Origin: Pocillopora damicornis
Lineage: Eukaryota
Assembly: GCF_003704095.1 (NCBI RefSeq)
Contig: NW_020845410.1
Coordinates: 558,001-622,000 of the forward strand
Length of the DNA: 64,000 nucleotides
Reading direction: 5' to 3'
Every line of letters starts with the position of its first letter. Within the stretch, counting starts at the first letter, position 1. This document shows positions 31,078 through 45,084 of the stretch, in pieces. A program made the position numbers and the translations under genes. The notes under the pieces are model-generated. The model had not been told where the DNA came from and made no database searches. It was given only the letters and a program-made list of their open reading frames with translations.

Positions 31078-34000
31078 TTTATAGGCTGGCGTTTCCAAGC
31101 GTCCGTCTTCACTTGAGTAAGGATTGTTGCTTTTAACGCATGAATCCTAATTGTGGTCTTCTCAAGAGCTGGATTGTGTTGACTATTTCGTCTTGCTACA
31201 AGTAAAAAGCACCTGATAAGTTACTAAACAAAACCAGGAGCATAGTACCTAATATATAAATTCATATTTCCTTCTTGAGTGGACAGATGAATCCCTCATT
31301 GGCCAAAAGTTGTCATCACATGTGTCTCACGAATGAAAATTATATCATGTCATCCGCGTGAGTTCCTCTTCAGGAACAAATATATAAAATAAAAATTTGT
31401 CATACGGATGTGCTTCTTAATTTCCTAGCCAAGGAAAGGAAATTTTGTCACTAAGTAAATGAAAACCTTTTAATCTGAGATAATCTTTGGAGTGCACACT
31501 TCCTACGAAGTAACTTCGCAAATATAAAGAAAAATTACTAAGAATATCTCTATTCTACAAAAAAATTACAAAGAATCAATAATAAGAAATTATTAAGAAG
31601 GAACTAGGTAATTTTTTTTTTAGCTGATGCGTTTCAAGTCATTTTGAATTAATTTCGTCTCTCAACAGTTTCAACCAATTTAACAAGGGCGAATACAAGT
31701 CGGATGTAACACTACACGGGTGCATTAGCTGACGATGCGAAATAGCGCAATTTCCACTAGAGTGTCGAACGGAATCCAAGATAATCTGAGATTGCCTTGG
31801 TTTCGCTTTACCTTGCTCTACGGAAAGTTCGTGCCATCCCCGCAACCAATCAGAATTGACGACTAGAACCAATCAGAAGCTACGCACATTTTCCCGCACT
31901 TGACGCCGGGAGTTCGCATCGAGTCCTCATCGTGGTTTGAATCCTTTTTCCTGATTGGTTTTTGTGTTTACTTTGGTTTTGGCTTCATGGCAATCAGTCA
32001 AAATGTGCTCATTCGGTGTAACGAGGAATAGGTTTAACTACTTCATTATTCATCAGTTCCTGTCTGGAGTTTTTTCGCGTAAAGCGACAAGATTTCGATA
32101 AATATTGGCAGACCTGATGTGCAGTAATTATTAAAGACACCGCAAGACGAGGTGGGTGGTAAAAATAGCTGCGGAAGGTTAGCAAGTTGGTCTTAAGAAA
32201 TAAATTTCACAGTCTATCTCCCGGTCCTTCTGATAAAGCTTAAAATTATCGCAAACGAAGATGAACACTGATAACTTTGGCACGTATTTGTGTCTGGCAA
32301 CGTGAGTCCCGTTTTAAAATACTAAAGTTGGCTTAATTAAGAATCGGTTTTTTTTTTCAGAAGAATTTAATGATACGAGGAAAGGGTAGCTTGTTTTATT
32401 CCGGAATTTTATTAGAACAATCTTTTCGTTAAATAAAACCATGATGACTCGTAAAAGCATACTAAAAGCGAGAGGCCGTTGATAAATGCTTCATTTTAAC
32501 TATTAGTACTCGTCGCTTGAAGTATCAAGTAGGAAAAATTAGACTAAACTTAAAAGTACATTTATGGTCTGACGAAACTGATAAAGTATTGACCAGAATG
32601 AATGATGAGCTACAGTAATTAATATTTATCTAAGCTTTTCGCGTCACTCGATAGACTCAACATCTACCTTTGCTTCATATGCTGACTTCATTTGATTCAC
32701 ATCTCGTGCATGATATGTTTTTTTTTCTCTGTTCGGAGCACTAATAGTAAACTTGATTCAAAGACGCTTACGTTTATTTCTTTCACATGAAATTCAATGT
32801 AACACCTGTTATCGCAACTTTTTTAGCAACTGAGAGGGTCCACAAAGTTAATTTCCTTTTTCAAGGCTCTTAGCCTTTCTGGGAGTTCATTAAAACGAAG
32901 AAAAACTTTTATCCCTAGCATAGTTTACACCGGCTTTCGAACTTAAACTGACGGCAGATTCTTGTTGTAAGACTCAGTGGTAGCCATTTGATTGTGCACA
33001 TCTGTTTTTGTTATGGTTTTCACGAGAGCGATGCTTGTACCGTTTTTTCAAAGCTTGAGGAATAATCAGCATCGAGTCAACGGCCGCAGATGGCCAACAC
33101 CGCGCAGAATGCATACTGGTCAAAACTGGGTTTTAAAATTTTTCTACAAAGGACAGAGTATGGAGTATGGTGGGAGTATGGACCGAGCTAATTAGTGAAC
33201 AGCTGCTGACACGTAACCAAAAGTCAACCTCGATTTCATGATCAGTTTGCTCGAGAGAGTGGAAACAACTTTTAGGTTCTTACAGAGGATGTGCAGTATT
33301 ATCAGATGGGAATTTAACATATGGCAGGCCCGTGGTATCAATACATAAAACAGATACCGAAGGGCCATTACAAGACATATCTCTTAGTCGCCTCGTAGTG
33401 ATATTTAGACGTGGAGTTGAGAATCGAATTCCCGTCTTTCCTTCGACTGCTTCTTTGAGAGACATCAACACGAACGGATAGACTTCCTCTGTTGACTTGG
33501 CAGACAATTTTGAATATTATTCACAATTTTCACTTGGAGGGGTAGGAATTTAATTTGCATATCTTTGTAGATTTTTCAAACGTAACTTCAGCTGTAGCTA
33601 AGTTCAAATTGGAAGAATTGGAAACGAAATGAAACTTCGAAACACAGTCTACTGCAGAATATTTTTACCTTCATTTAATTTGGCGTTTAGCCCTTTACGT
33701 TTAATATATGCTGGATTTCTCAAAATTCTGCGAAGAACTCAGAGGGTGGTAAATGTGCTACCGATTTACCCCATTAAACACAACACAGTTCGTGTTTTTT
33801 GTAAATAGATCTGAACCGAGTGCATAAAACCACAGCTGATTTCGGTGAGGACAGGGAATAAAATGAATGCATTATTTCTTTGGCTGGGTCATAAAATTTT
33901 AAGAATGCATTGCATTTATTTATTTTCCGTCAAATGCCAATTACATTTTTAAAACTTTTAAGCATATCATATGCATTTGGGTCGCTTTGAAAATAAAACA

Positions 34001-37000
34001 ATCTGCCTTTGACTTAACTCGACACACAGCACAGTTTTTAAGCACATCCTAAGGAGGCACTGTGAGAAAAAAACACTTGCGTTTTTTGCATTAATGATGC
34101 TCTCTTAGGGTTTGCAAAATGGGCTCAGATTGTAGGATAACAGTTAATAATATGACCGGTGAGTAAGCTTTTAGAGTAAAACCAACAGGATCTTAATCTG
34201 GTTCAAACTGAACTAGTATTAATCGACTTTCTCGCCGCAAGCAGGACACGGGAAAGAATTTTCTTGAAATGATTATTTAAAAACGATAAAAGCATGTTCG
34301 TTGTTCAATTTCCATAATTCATTATTTATTTAAAATTTTTCCGAATAGTTTCTGAGCCCTTTTAGGAGTCTCTAAGCTTTTGGAATTATTTGATCTTCAA
34401 TATCCTCGTCTCTTAATCAAATACGAGATGACAACAGGTTGACGTGATTTTGACTTTTTTAAAGATTTGAATTGTCCATTCACTTTCATAAAATTTGAAA
34501 TCTTCGAAATCTGTGGTTTTTAGCTATAGTTAGAAGAACAAAATCAATTTTTCCCGGTCTTTTCGGCATCTCAAGCTTTCTTTTTCTTCGTGGGATCACG
34601 AAAAATATTTTGAAAACAATAACAATGTTTAAACAGTTCCACACGCACACACTTGTATAATGTTGAGTGGCAGGTCCTGTTATAACAAGCGGTTGTTATG
34701 AGAATAAGATGAAACAAAATAGATCTGTTTCCGTTTTTTTGATGAGTCAGATTATTTTATTTTTCATGTTTAGTAAACAGTTTTCTCCGTGTTTAAATTG
34801 CTATGAATACCAAGGAATATTTTGTTAAATAACCAAATAGGTTTTTACGCTGATCTGAGTGTTGCATTATTCACACTCTTAAAACTAATCTCCATTGCAA
34901 ATCAGATAAATCTATGAATCTACATGCAAATCGGTGTAAAATATCGAAGTGTGTGCGTGAACTGTAGTCATAAGATCAACATAGAGTATTATCTTATCAC
35001 AGGATATTATGATTTCCAAGCGAACTCGGGGGCCATCGCGAATGATGTAATATCAAGATCTTAAAGATTATCTCTTTTTTAGGACTAACCTTCGAAATAT
35101 TTCGTATTTTCGAAGTCAAAGACTGCAAATAGCCCAGAGACAGAAGCGTTATTTCGAAAACTTAATTTCGTGACAAGGAGAAAGGCTGTGATTTTGCTGC
35201 TTTTCGTCTGAGGTGAATAATTCGGTTGATATTTTCTGAAGAAGAATTGCTAACATTTCTCACAAACTTTAGGTGTTAACAAAATCACACAATACATACC
35301 TTCTAATTCAAATCATAAGAGTAAGATCTTGGTAGAGCTGCACGAAGAGCGAACACTTAGTGTACTTTTGCAATGAAAAAGTGATGGATCGACGGTAGAT
35401 TGGTACTATTAATCGGCACTCGCGTCAACAAACATATTTGTTGAACAAACAGAGGTATTATCACCATTGTAAATTTGTCAAACCTCATCAGCCCTGAGAT
35501 TAGCAAAGAAATAAAGAGATTGTCAACATTTATTTACGTCATTTCGCAAATGTTAAGTTTGACACTTTTCTATGCAGCACAGAATTGAAAGAAACATCTA
35601 TTTACAGCACGTAACTTTTTTTCCTTTATTTTACTTTTTTAGCGTGCTCAAAGCACTGACTAAGAGAAAATCTTGCGTTAAGAATTCACCATAGCGCAAA
35701 ATAGAAAATTGACGTGGTCAATTAGAGAGGGTTCTGAGCGTCGAAATTTAAATTTCGTGGCTACATGCTGGCAAACAACCTAAGTGAAGTGACCAGCTAA
35801 ATTTGTAATTTCCTCCAAACGCAAAGCTAAGTGTAAAGCACTCACGTCACTTTTAAACATCTTGAAAACATTTCGTGTATCTTTTGTATTTCGTTGTTTG
35901 GAAACCGTTTCAGTTAATTTTTTTTTCCCGTAATACCCTTGTTATCATTCAATGCCTCGTTAGTATTTTTGTTTCATGGTTGACATTTAAATTTAAAGGT
36001 AATTCTGTTTGTCACAAAAATGTCCTATGACGACGCTGTCTCTGATAACTTCATCCATCTTAAATCGGGCTGATTTTGGAAGTTTTATTTTTACGTTGGG
36101 AATTAGATTGGACATAACAGAACGAACTAAAGTTAAAATTAAAATGTAAAAATTCAATGAAAATTCAAATGACATTGAGCATAAGCGTCGCATGGAATTA
36201 TTCCGGCCACACCATACATCAATTTCGACTGACGTACCACGTATGATTTACTGTTTACTTTTTTTTCGCTCATATTCGCGATCTTTCGATATCCTTAATA
36301 TAAACAGACTCCAACAGAGGTTTGCAGATATAATAAGTCGTTTCTTGGTCTCGGATCAGAGTTTCATTATGACGCTTTTAAAATCTATTCCAATAAAAGA
36401 ATAAAAAGAGTAAGTTCCTAAAGAAACTGTTGTGCTGCGTCGGTGGGAGAGTAAGCAGAACAGGGTAATTTGGTATTATCAACTGAGTTGATAACGTAAA
36501 TCCCATATCCCCATAAATCGTTTGCCGTTGTGAAACGACAGCAGGGATTTATAATGACAAATTTTCATTTGTGAAATACTGACTTGGGTTGGGGATGAAG
36601 ATCTTCGCATCACGTTTTTCGTGCTCGGAAAAGTCAAAGGAAGCCTCAAAAATATTATAAAAACTCTTTAAGTAGAATGACCCAGTCAAAAGGAATTGTG
36701 TTGTGTACACACGCAGTCGCACAAGGGGGTCATCCCGATTATAAAACGCAGGTGAAGGCACTCATCAACATCACTTTACAGCTCATGGATTCAGTTGTTT
36801 ACATATTCATTTATTGCTATTTTATTTACCAGGTTAGGATTGTAGTTACCTTACGACTCGGTTTTAACAGCCATCTCGCTAACCTTTCCATGAGAAGCAT
36901 AGTTTCATCTCAGCTGAAATTTTGAGCAAATGAAAGCGAGGCGCAATACCCAGTTGTTAAAGCAAAACATCTTCACGTTTTTAATCACCAAAGTAAGTGA

Positions 37001-40000
37001 TGTTCGGTTGATTGAAGGTGATAAGATCAAGCTTTACCTTCATCCTGATGAGATTTTTTTGAAACTCCCAACTCTTTCTTTGGGCTTGAAATATTACGTG
37101 CGTTAGACAATGTTCAGTCATGAAAATTAAGTTACTGAGCATGATCTGATGAGAAACACGAAACAAATCAAGAAAATATATCTGAACATATTTTTAAACA
37201 TTTATATAAAAGTTTGCAATGTCACGCAGTGATAGAAATCTGATGATTTTCTAATCGAGTAAAACTCTGGCCTTTTTTGTACAAGTTTAGATAAATAAGT
37301 TTTATTTACGTGAAACACAAAAGACTTATAAAAGGGAATTTTCTTCTACTTTTTATTGGAGTGTTCAGTTGAGTAATCAAACTCATTAAAATCACGGTCA
37401 CATACTTTTTACGTCGAGAATGAAATGCAGCACTTTGACGAATGATGTGTCGTAGATTTTATTGAACAAATCAAATTCTGCTTTGTGAACTTAAAAAAAT
37501 GGACCCTGAGTTATTCTATTTTTGTAAAAAAAATAGCATTAATTGGAGAAAAAAAAAAGGTAATTAATTCCACCCACAGCAACCGTGTTATTGTTTTCTT
37601 CATTTCAGAAAAATGAAAAAGTTTTTTTGTTCGCTCTGTGACAACAGAGAAATGAATGAAATTTTAATCATTGATCGGAAAAGAAATTTACAAGCGCTCA
37701 TTAAATTGAGACGAATGTGATGCTTATCTAACTTTGTGACTGTTTATGATGACCTTTTTTAGAGTCGGTGACACAAGGAAAATGTGGAAAAAGAAATTCA
37801 TATTCCTTTGAATAGGAGTGTAGCTTTTAACAAAGCGATTTCGGATGTTACAGCCCAATTTTCAGCTTTACTGCTTTCATGCAAAGTCCACGTTATTTAT
37901 TTTTTACACAACAGTTTAACCTTGGAAACGTTTTTTTCCAGCCTGTTTGCTCATTTAGGGCTTCATCAAGTAACTTTCAAATCAGCCATAGTTCAGGGCG
38001 AGCGAACACTCAGCTTTCTTTCCGCCATCTTGGATCCCTAGAGCACAGAAATCAAACCAGACGGCTGTTCATACGACTGTAAATGTTGCGCAGTAGTGCT
38101 AGCTCCTTCAAAAAACACGCCTTAATGTTTTAGAGGCATAAACTTGAATCGTGGCTAAATCTCAATTTTTCATCCTTTCATTCTTCATCCTTTAAAGACT
38201 TTCCTAAAGAACCCCTTGTGCTCGTTATGCCATGCAGAATACCCAGCGGGCACACAACTTATGTGATTTTGCGTGATCCGCGTGAACATGATAGACCATG
38301 TATTTTGTGATACAGTCATACCATTTTACTCAGGCAACCTAAAATTTTCATTTAGACATTTTGCAGCCATGCGAAAATATCTGCGGATAAATTTTAGTTC
38401 TTTAGTAATTTGCTTGATCACGGTGCTTATTTGACGACTTCAAAGGCGAATTTGTCTCAGTACCTTGTGTTCCAAACCTGGCTTTCCGTAAATCTCAATT
38501 TAACCATCTCTGAGTCCAATATTATGATATTTTTAGAGACTATTTCCGATGACAAAAATAAAAGCCGCTTCAGTTTTTATGCAGGGAGCCTAGTATCGGT
38601 AAAGTAAGTTAGTAAGGTTTTGTTTAAGTTTTTTTATCCTTGTATAGAGTTAACGTTGAAATGGTTACAGTGGCTTTCATCAAATGAAGTTCCTGTTGAT
38701 AAAAAAAACAGCGCCCACGACTCGCGCAATCCACATGAAGAGCTTCCTAGAAACCATGCATATACATTTCTTTGACAAGTTTGCGCCTCGAGCCTAAAGT
38801 TCCTTAAAAACGTCTACTGGAAAAAAAATTCAGACCAAGAAAATGCGTTTAAGTAACCTATCCATTAGCAGCTTTTAAAGTAACCAGAATGAAAAATGTT
38901 ATATTTAGTTAAAAAAAAAAACAAAAAAAAAATTAATAATTTGCAACAATTCTCTGTTGGTCTCTCGAGTGTATGCTTTTGAAAGCCTAAAACGTCAAGT
39001 GAGGTTCTTTGTTTTGCTAACGTCAGCAAGTTAGCCTAACTCTTAATGAAGGAGTCGGTTTTGTTCTAGACAGACATGAACTTTTTCCTTTCGTCTTTTA
39101 TTTGTCACCAGCTAGTATTTCTCATATCACTGAATTTATTCATACCATTCCAAGAGTCGAGGTTTGAGTGGTAAACTCAAATACACTGCAAACGATGCCT
39201 CCGATTAATAGTTGTTATTTCCACTCATTGTTTGCTAAAAAACGTTACTACCATCACTTTCTCAAGACAAGTTCGACGCGTTTTTCTTTTTTTCAATTGA
39301 ACACTTCAATTATATAAGAAATTTTACCTCTTTCATGTGATAATACGTTGTAGAAGCATTTGCTATCACCACATTTTATTAATAAATTTATAATGATCAT
39401 CGAGGCATCGTAATACACTTTCCATTTTTCTTTTCATTTGCTAACTACGACATTCAGTGTCCGGTTGGCAATAAAGATAACATCCTTATTTTACATTCTT
39501 ATCCCCTGAGGCAAAGGATAAGAGCTTAATTCAACACGAAATCAGAGTCTTTTTGCATAATGTTCATCGGAAATCCCTCTGGTCATTTGTCTGAGATGAC
39601 ATGAGAAGCTGCGGCGACATTTGCTTTAACGCACGATTCTGTTAGATCTCATAAAACTAGTGAGAGATATGTCATGACTTCTAACTTCTAAGGTGAATTT
39701 AGCTCATAAATTTTATTTTTATTCGTAAGATCTCTCTATTTATTGATGTTTATTTATATTTTTCTTAGGCTATGACTGCAGCGAATTAATTTTCTACTCG
39801 GAATGTTTGAATGCTTGTTCTCAAAAGAAATTAATGTCTATCCGGGCCAAAGAAAATAACATCACTTTCCAAGAAAAAGTATTGGAAAAACTTGCCGGAA
39901 AATAATTGTAGACTTTGAGGTTTCAGCTACTGTACGACTGAACACCTCACTGCCTTTAGCTACATAAAACTTAAGATGTAATATTTGTTCTTTGCGTAAC

Positions 40001-41086
40001 ACGGGCAACGTAATGAAAAAATGTAATAACTTCTCATCTAGCAGAAAAAAAATAATGCTCTTATCTAGGCATAAAAAACATAAAATACCTCAATATCTGT
40101 GCGTCATGTACACAATATAAATAAAGAATCGGCAGATGCTATAGTGGGGAAAACATTTTTAACTATGTTGATACTACACCTGAATTTAATAATGGAACTG
40201 CAGTCGTATTGGTTAGTAGAAAACAGTTTATTAATAAAAGAGAAGCCCGATTGTTTTGTTCCATTTTATCGTTGAAGGCATCAGCGACGAAGTCACGAAG
40301 CTGCATTAACAGTTTAAACTTGACTTAAACTACAGAGAGGTATGTTGTGCTTTTACTCACCTTTTCAATTTGACTTTCTGAATTAATGCTTAGAAAGTGT
40401 GTGCTGATGTTGGCTGGAATCACAGTTTTAATAACCATTTGCGGTCTTTAGTAGCGAAGATTTAAAAATTTTATTGACCGAAGTCACTGCTAAAAATTTA
40501 TTGCAAAAATTAATTTTAGAACGGAAACATCCAGCTTTATGCTTAGAATCAGAACCCGATGAGCTATGAATCATTTTAGGGGCTTGGCGTTTCCTTTGTG
40601 TAGAATTGTTTTGAAGTGATGATGGAACAAGATCAACATAGTATGTTTTCATCCGGCCTGACTGTGTACTCATTACTGTTACAAGGTCTGTCTTTAAGGG
40701 AGAATAACGGAATTTTCTTATAAACGTTTTAAACCAAAGATCGACCAACTCCTACATGATTTCTTGAAAAACAAAAAAAAACAAAAAAAAAACGACTGCA
40801 TGGTGTCTTTTAACGGTGTCTGGAAAATGCCTTCACGACCTTATCTTTGTTTGGTTATTGAAATATCCGCGTCTCCTTTTGATTGAGAATTTTTTCAATT
40901 GACTTTTGAAATATTTTTTAATATTTTTTTTTTCCAGTGTAGTATCATCACTATGCGCTGATCTAAACAGATTAAGTCTGTGCAAAAACCCTACCAGAAG
41001 ATGCACGGAACAAACTGATTTGTTGGGAAAGGTTAAGGCTACAAGTCGTAAAATTGTATTTGAAATCGCGCGGAATACAGACATCA

Positions 41087-42001
41087 ATGGGTCACCCAAC
41101 AAATTTTTCCACTGTTACTGAGACAGAGAAATACATCAAACTTGGTTTATACGTGATTACTTTCACTGTTGCCGTCGGAGGAAACTCTGTTGTTCCCCTG
41201 GTACTGTGGAAGAGAAAGCGAAAATCGGTGAACGATCTCCTTATTTTGAACTTATCGGTATCTGACTTAACACTGATGCTTTTGTCTCTACCGTTGAATA
41301 CTTTTCTCCTTGGTGGAATCAATTTTCCGGTGTTTTTTTGCAAGATTGTCTCTCCTCTTATGACAGCCACCTTCAACGTCAGTATTTTTACACTGACATT
41401 CATGGCTGTATATCGCTGGCGCGTCATCGTCAATTCCCTACAACCGGAAATGCGTCATAGACACGTCATCGCTTGGATCATTGTTATTTGGATCGCTGGC
41501 TGTCTGCTTTTGCTTCCGCTCGTGATCGTGGCTGAAAATGACGAGACTGGAGGATGCCGAGAGAGTTGGAAACCTTATCAAAGCCGCGTGTACACATTGA
41601 TCCTTTTTACACTGCAGTATATGCTACCACTGACAATCATTGCGGGCGCCTACATGTTGATTGGAATCGACTTAGGAAAAGCGAAAGAGCGGCATGATAT
41701 CAACGCACAGGATAGGTTTGCTTTAGAGGCGAGAAGAAAAGAAGATCTCCAAATTATCAAGATGATGGGGTTGATTGTAATATTATTTGCTCTCTGTATG
41801 TTGCCAATCCAAGTCGCCTGGCTCATGACGGACTTTGGAGCCGATAAAGATAAGGAATTCTGGAACATTTTCCTGAGAATGGCTGACATAGCAGCATATT
41901 TGCATGCCTGTGTCCATCCCATAGTCTATGGAACAATAACCAAGTATTTTCGCCGTGAATACATGAAGTACGCAAAGACAGTTTTTTGTTGTAAAGGTTG
42001 A
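41087..42001 (+). CDS. Class A (rhodopsin-like) GPCR, neuropeptide-receptor-like, intronless; paralog of the 29752-31077 gene
   Basis: ATG at 41087 (MGHPTNFS). 7 TM segments with GGNSVV, NLSVSDL, YRW, YMLP, CMLPIQVAW and HACVHPIVYG; ends at CCKG. Confidence 0.88.
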   Translation: MGHPTNFSTVTETEKYIKLGLYVITFTVAVGGNSVVPLVLWKRKRKSVNDLLILNLSVSDLTLMLLSLPLNTFLLGGINFPVFFCKIVSPLMTATFNVSIFTLTFMAVYRWRVIVNSLQPEMRHRHVIAWIIVIWIAGCLLLLPLVIVAENDETGGCRESWKPYQSRVYTLILFTLQYMLPLTIIAGAYMLIGIDLGKAKERHDINAQDRFALEARRKEDLQIIKMMGLIVILFALCMLPIQVAWLMTDFGADKDKEFWNIFLRMADIAAYLHACVHPIVYGTITKYFRREYMKYAKTVFCCKG

Positions 42002-42732
42002 AGCGCATCCTTCAATGAAGGAAGAAAGGGGTTATTGCGAGATGCTTTTCACGGCGATACATGGACTATAAAATTGTTTATCTGATTATCTGTGACGCGT
42101 TATTTCCACCTTTTGATGCAAGTGAAACGTAAGTAGGAACCCTCCCCCCTTCTTCCGCGCGCCTCAACCCTCCTCTTCCAGGAATTCGTGACTGTGGGTA
42201 AATTGATGATTCAGTACTTGCGGGAATGTGAAAAAGGAAATTCGTAGTGCCCCACACAGGATTTAAACGATGAGAAGTTACTGTCACATTAAAAGATACG
42301 GAAACCTTGAATTAAGTTCAAAAATAAACGTGGTTATTGTTATTATCATTATTATTATTGCTTTTATTATTATTACAGTTATCATAATTTTTTTGCAATT
42401 TGAACAGCTATCAGTTTAGGAAACTGCATGGTTCCTAAAACTGAATATGATGTACGTAAATAATTGTTGGTGTCGAAAGTTCTCGATTTCAGTCAGTGCC
42501 AGTTTATCTACAGTACATGAAAAAAATAAAAAATGCGATTGAACAGAACAAAATCATTTATTTGGCACTCCATTTCATCACCTAAGGAAGAAACTTGCCC
42601 CAGAGGTAGGGAATGAACTATTATGGGAATGTTTTCTTTGCGGAGTTCTCGTGTTTAAAGCCAAGATGCGGAGCCCAATACCAAAGTCTCTATTGAGCGA
42701 TTCCTACCATTCTTCTCTTTCCACAACTTTTA

Positions 42733-45084
42733 TTAGGGATCGTCATTCGTTCTGTTCTGCTGGCTGAGTTCAGAAATGATTTTATAAAATGATTTTGGCA
42801 AGTCATATCCAAACATTTCAGAGTCTGGTCCAAATAACTGCATAGTTCCGTAAAGCCGCTCCTTGTGGATTTGTTTGTAGAAAAATGGAACTTGTGATGA
42901 GGTTAGCGATGGTTTGACCGAAGGAAATGAGACATTCGCCTTTTTTGTTACACCAGATATTTCCAAAGCATATTGAGCCTCTTCTTCAAGATTTTCGAAG
43001 TGTCCAATGAAATCATAAGAAATACCACAGGGCTGACAGAGGTTGTTGTAAGTTTGCCAGTGCTCGTTCCAGTATCCGTCCCCGATGTGTAGAACATAGT
43101 TTAAATATTCGTCGAATTTGACGTTTTTATCTTCTGGATTACCTCCCGGTCTGTACAGCGTAATAATGCGTTTTCCATAATTATGGTGAAAGGCGGGTTC
43201 ACCTCGTAGGAATTTATCCAAGTAAGCAGATAAAAGCCGCTCGAAAGGTTCTCGAACAAACACGAACTTAAAATATGTTTTCAGCATCCTTTTCACTTCA
43301 TCTGCTGGATAATTACTCAGAAAATTAAAATTTCTTGCATCGTGAATCCCAGGGTACCTAAGTTGTGGACCGTAAAGACTTGCCATGACACTTTTCCATT
43401 GAGTACAAGCAATTTTTGGAATGTAGCAAAATAATATTTTATACTCTTCATTAACGATGATGTTAAGTTTCGAGATATCCTGCAGGGACTCGTTGGTTTT
43501 ATTATTCCTTCTGCAGAAGTCCCTGATCGTTGCCAGTCTCTTTAGGTTCATAGACTCTATTGATCCTTCGTCATTTGGCTGCTGGAAAAACATAAGAAAG
43601 AAATATTGAAGCCTAATGATCGCATAAGAGAGGAAAGGCTCATTATATAGTTAATGAAAAGTACATATCACTTGACATAAAGGAGTTATCATGTTCTGGC
43701 CCAGGCTGTTTCTACTCATCTCGCGGTGTTAATTCGTTGCGATGTGAATAATTGCTTGCAAAAAATGTATAACTTACTCAATCTACTATTTTTTACAATG
43801 TAGGGTTAAAATTACTTTGCTAGCGATGCCAATGACAGTGCTGAATCGTCTGCTAACATAACTTACAGTCGATCAGTTTATGCTGCCCCTAATTTTAGTC
43901 TTTCTCTGGATTCTTGTGTGCAATGTGGGTGGACCTCCGAGGTAAGTTATCAATTACATCAATTTGAAAAAGTAATAAGAAAAACCAAACCTGAACCATT
44001 CTACTTCTGATTACGGTCCATTCTGTGCGATTGTGTAAACCTTAGAAAAAAATTTACAATCGTAAAAATGTTGAAAAAAAAATTAAGTTGTCAAAGAAAC
44101 TGGGTGTTGCGTCGGTGAGGGTTGTTACAAGATAATTTGGTCTCGTTTGGGCTGCTGGTTAACAGAGAGTTATATAAATCAGCTTGCAATTAAATTTACG
44201 ATCTTATTAACATTCATTTAGCCACAGGCAATGTTCGTTCTGCTAATTATTCATTTCATGCTCTCTTTTCCATTCCTTGTCTAGTCAACTTGTGTCACAC
44301 AAATGTATTCTTCAGCAGCTTAAAACGTTACCTTCCTAATCCTACTTTCTATTCTGTGCATATATGAGAGGCAGGACATAAACAAGATGAAGATCTTTCG
44401 CTTTATCAGTCTGACTTTAAGGTTAACGTAACGTAAAAGTTAACATTATTGTTTAGCAGCTTAAAAAATAACCTTCTAACTCTTATGATAATTTTTTGGT
44501 GCTTTTGTGTATGTGAGAGGCAAGATCTAAACAACAACAAGATCTGACTTAAAAGTCAATGTCAAAGTTAATATATTTTACAGGAACTACAGTCCGTTTT
44601 TTTTTAAATTGTTCTTTGCGTGCCGGATGGTAATTAAAAAAGGCTCCGCTACAAAAAACAATCTTGTCTAAAATTCCCATTAAACTCCTTTGTTAAGGTT
44701 TCATATTTATTGCTTTTGAATTTCTGTTGAGTGGATATAAACTATACATTCTCACTTTCACAGAGTATAATTGTTTTGAGGGTCCACTATAAATTGATCA
44801 GTAAAACGTTTTGATAAGTACACACTACATGTGCCGACTTCATCTCGAAACAAATTCAGTAAAAGCCCGATCAAGGCTAACTAAATTTTTTTCAGTTTTT
44901 GGCCAAGAATTTCACTGAAATCACATTAATAATGTTCGAGCTCTTTAATCGAAGGAAGATTAAAATGTATCTTACCTTGAATACGCATAGTTATCAAGTT
45001 AATCCAACCTACGTACAGAACGACAAAAGAAATTGCAATGACAGTTAAAGTGAACAAGGCTGACCTTAAAGTATTGTTCGCCAT
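42733..45084 (-). CDS. Carbohydrate (chondroitin 4-O / HNK-1 family) sulfotransferase, CHST11-like, 3 exons (45084-44976, 44040-43991, 43581-42733)
   Basis: Exon 1 encodes a type II membrane anchor (SALFTLTVIAISFVVLYVGWI). Exons join in frame (phase 1, phase 0). PAPS-binding motifs CYIPKIACTQWK and FVFVREPFERLLSAY are present, as are NEHW...LCQPC and YDFIGHFENL. Confidence 0.9.

Noticed and set aside
37144-37172. CTGATGAG-AAACA-CGAAAC hammerhead-like string
   Set aside because: Stems I and III cannot pair and there is no GUH context; likely chance in AT-rich DNA.
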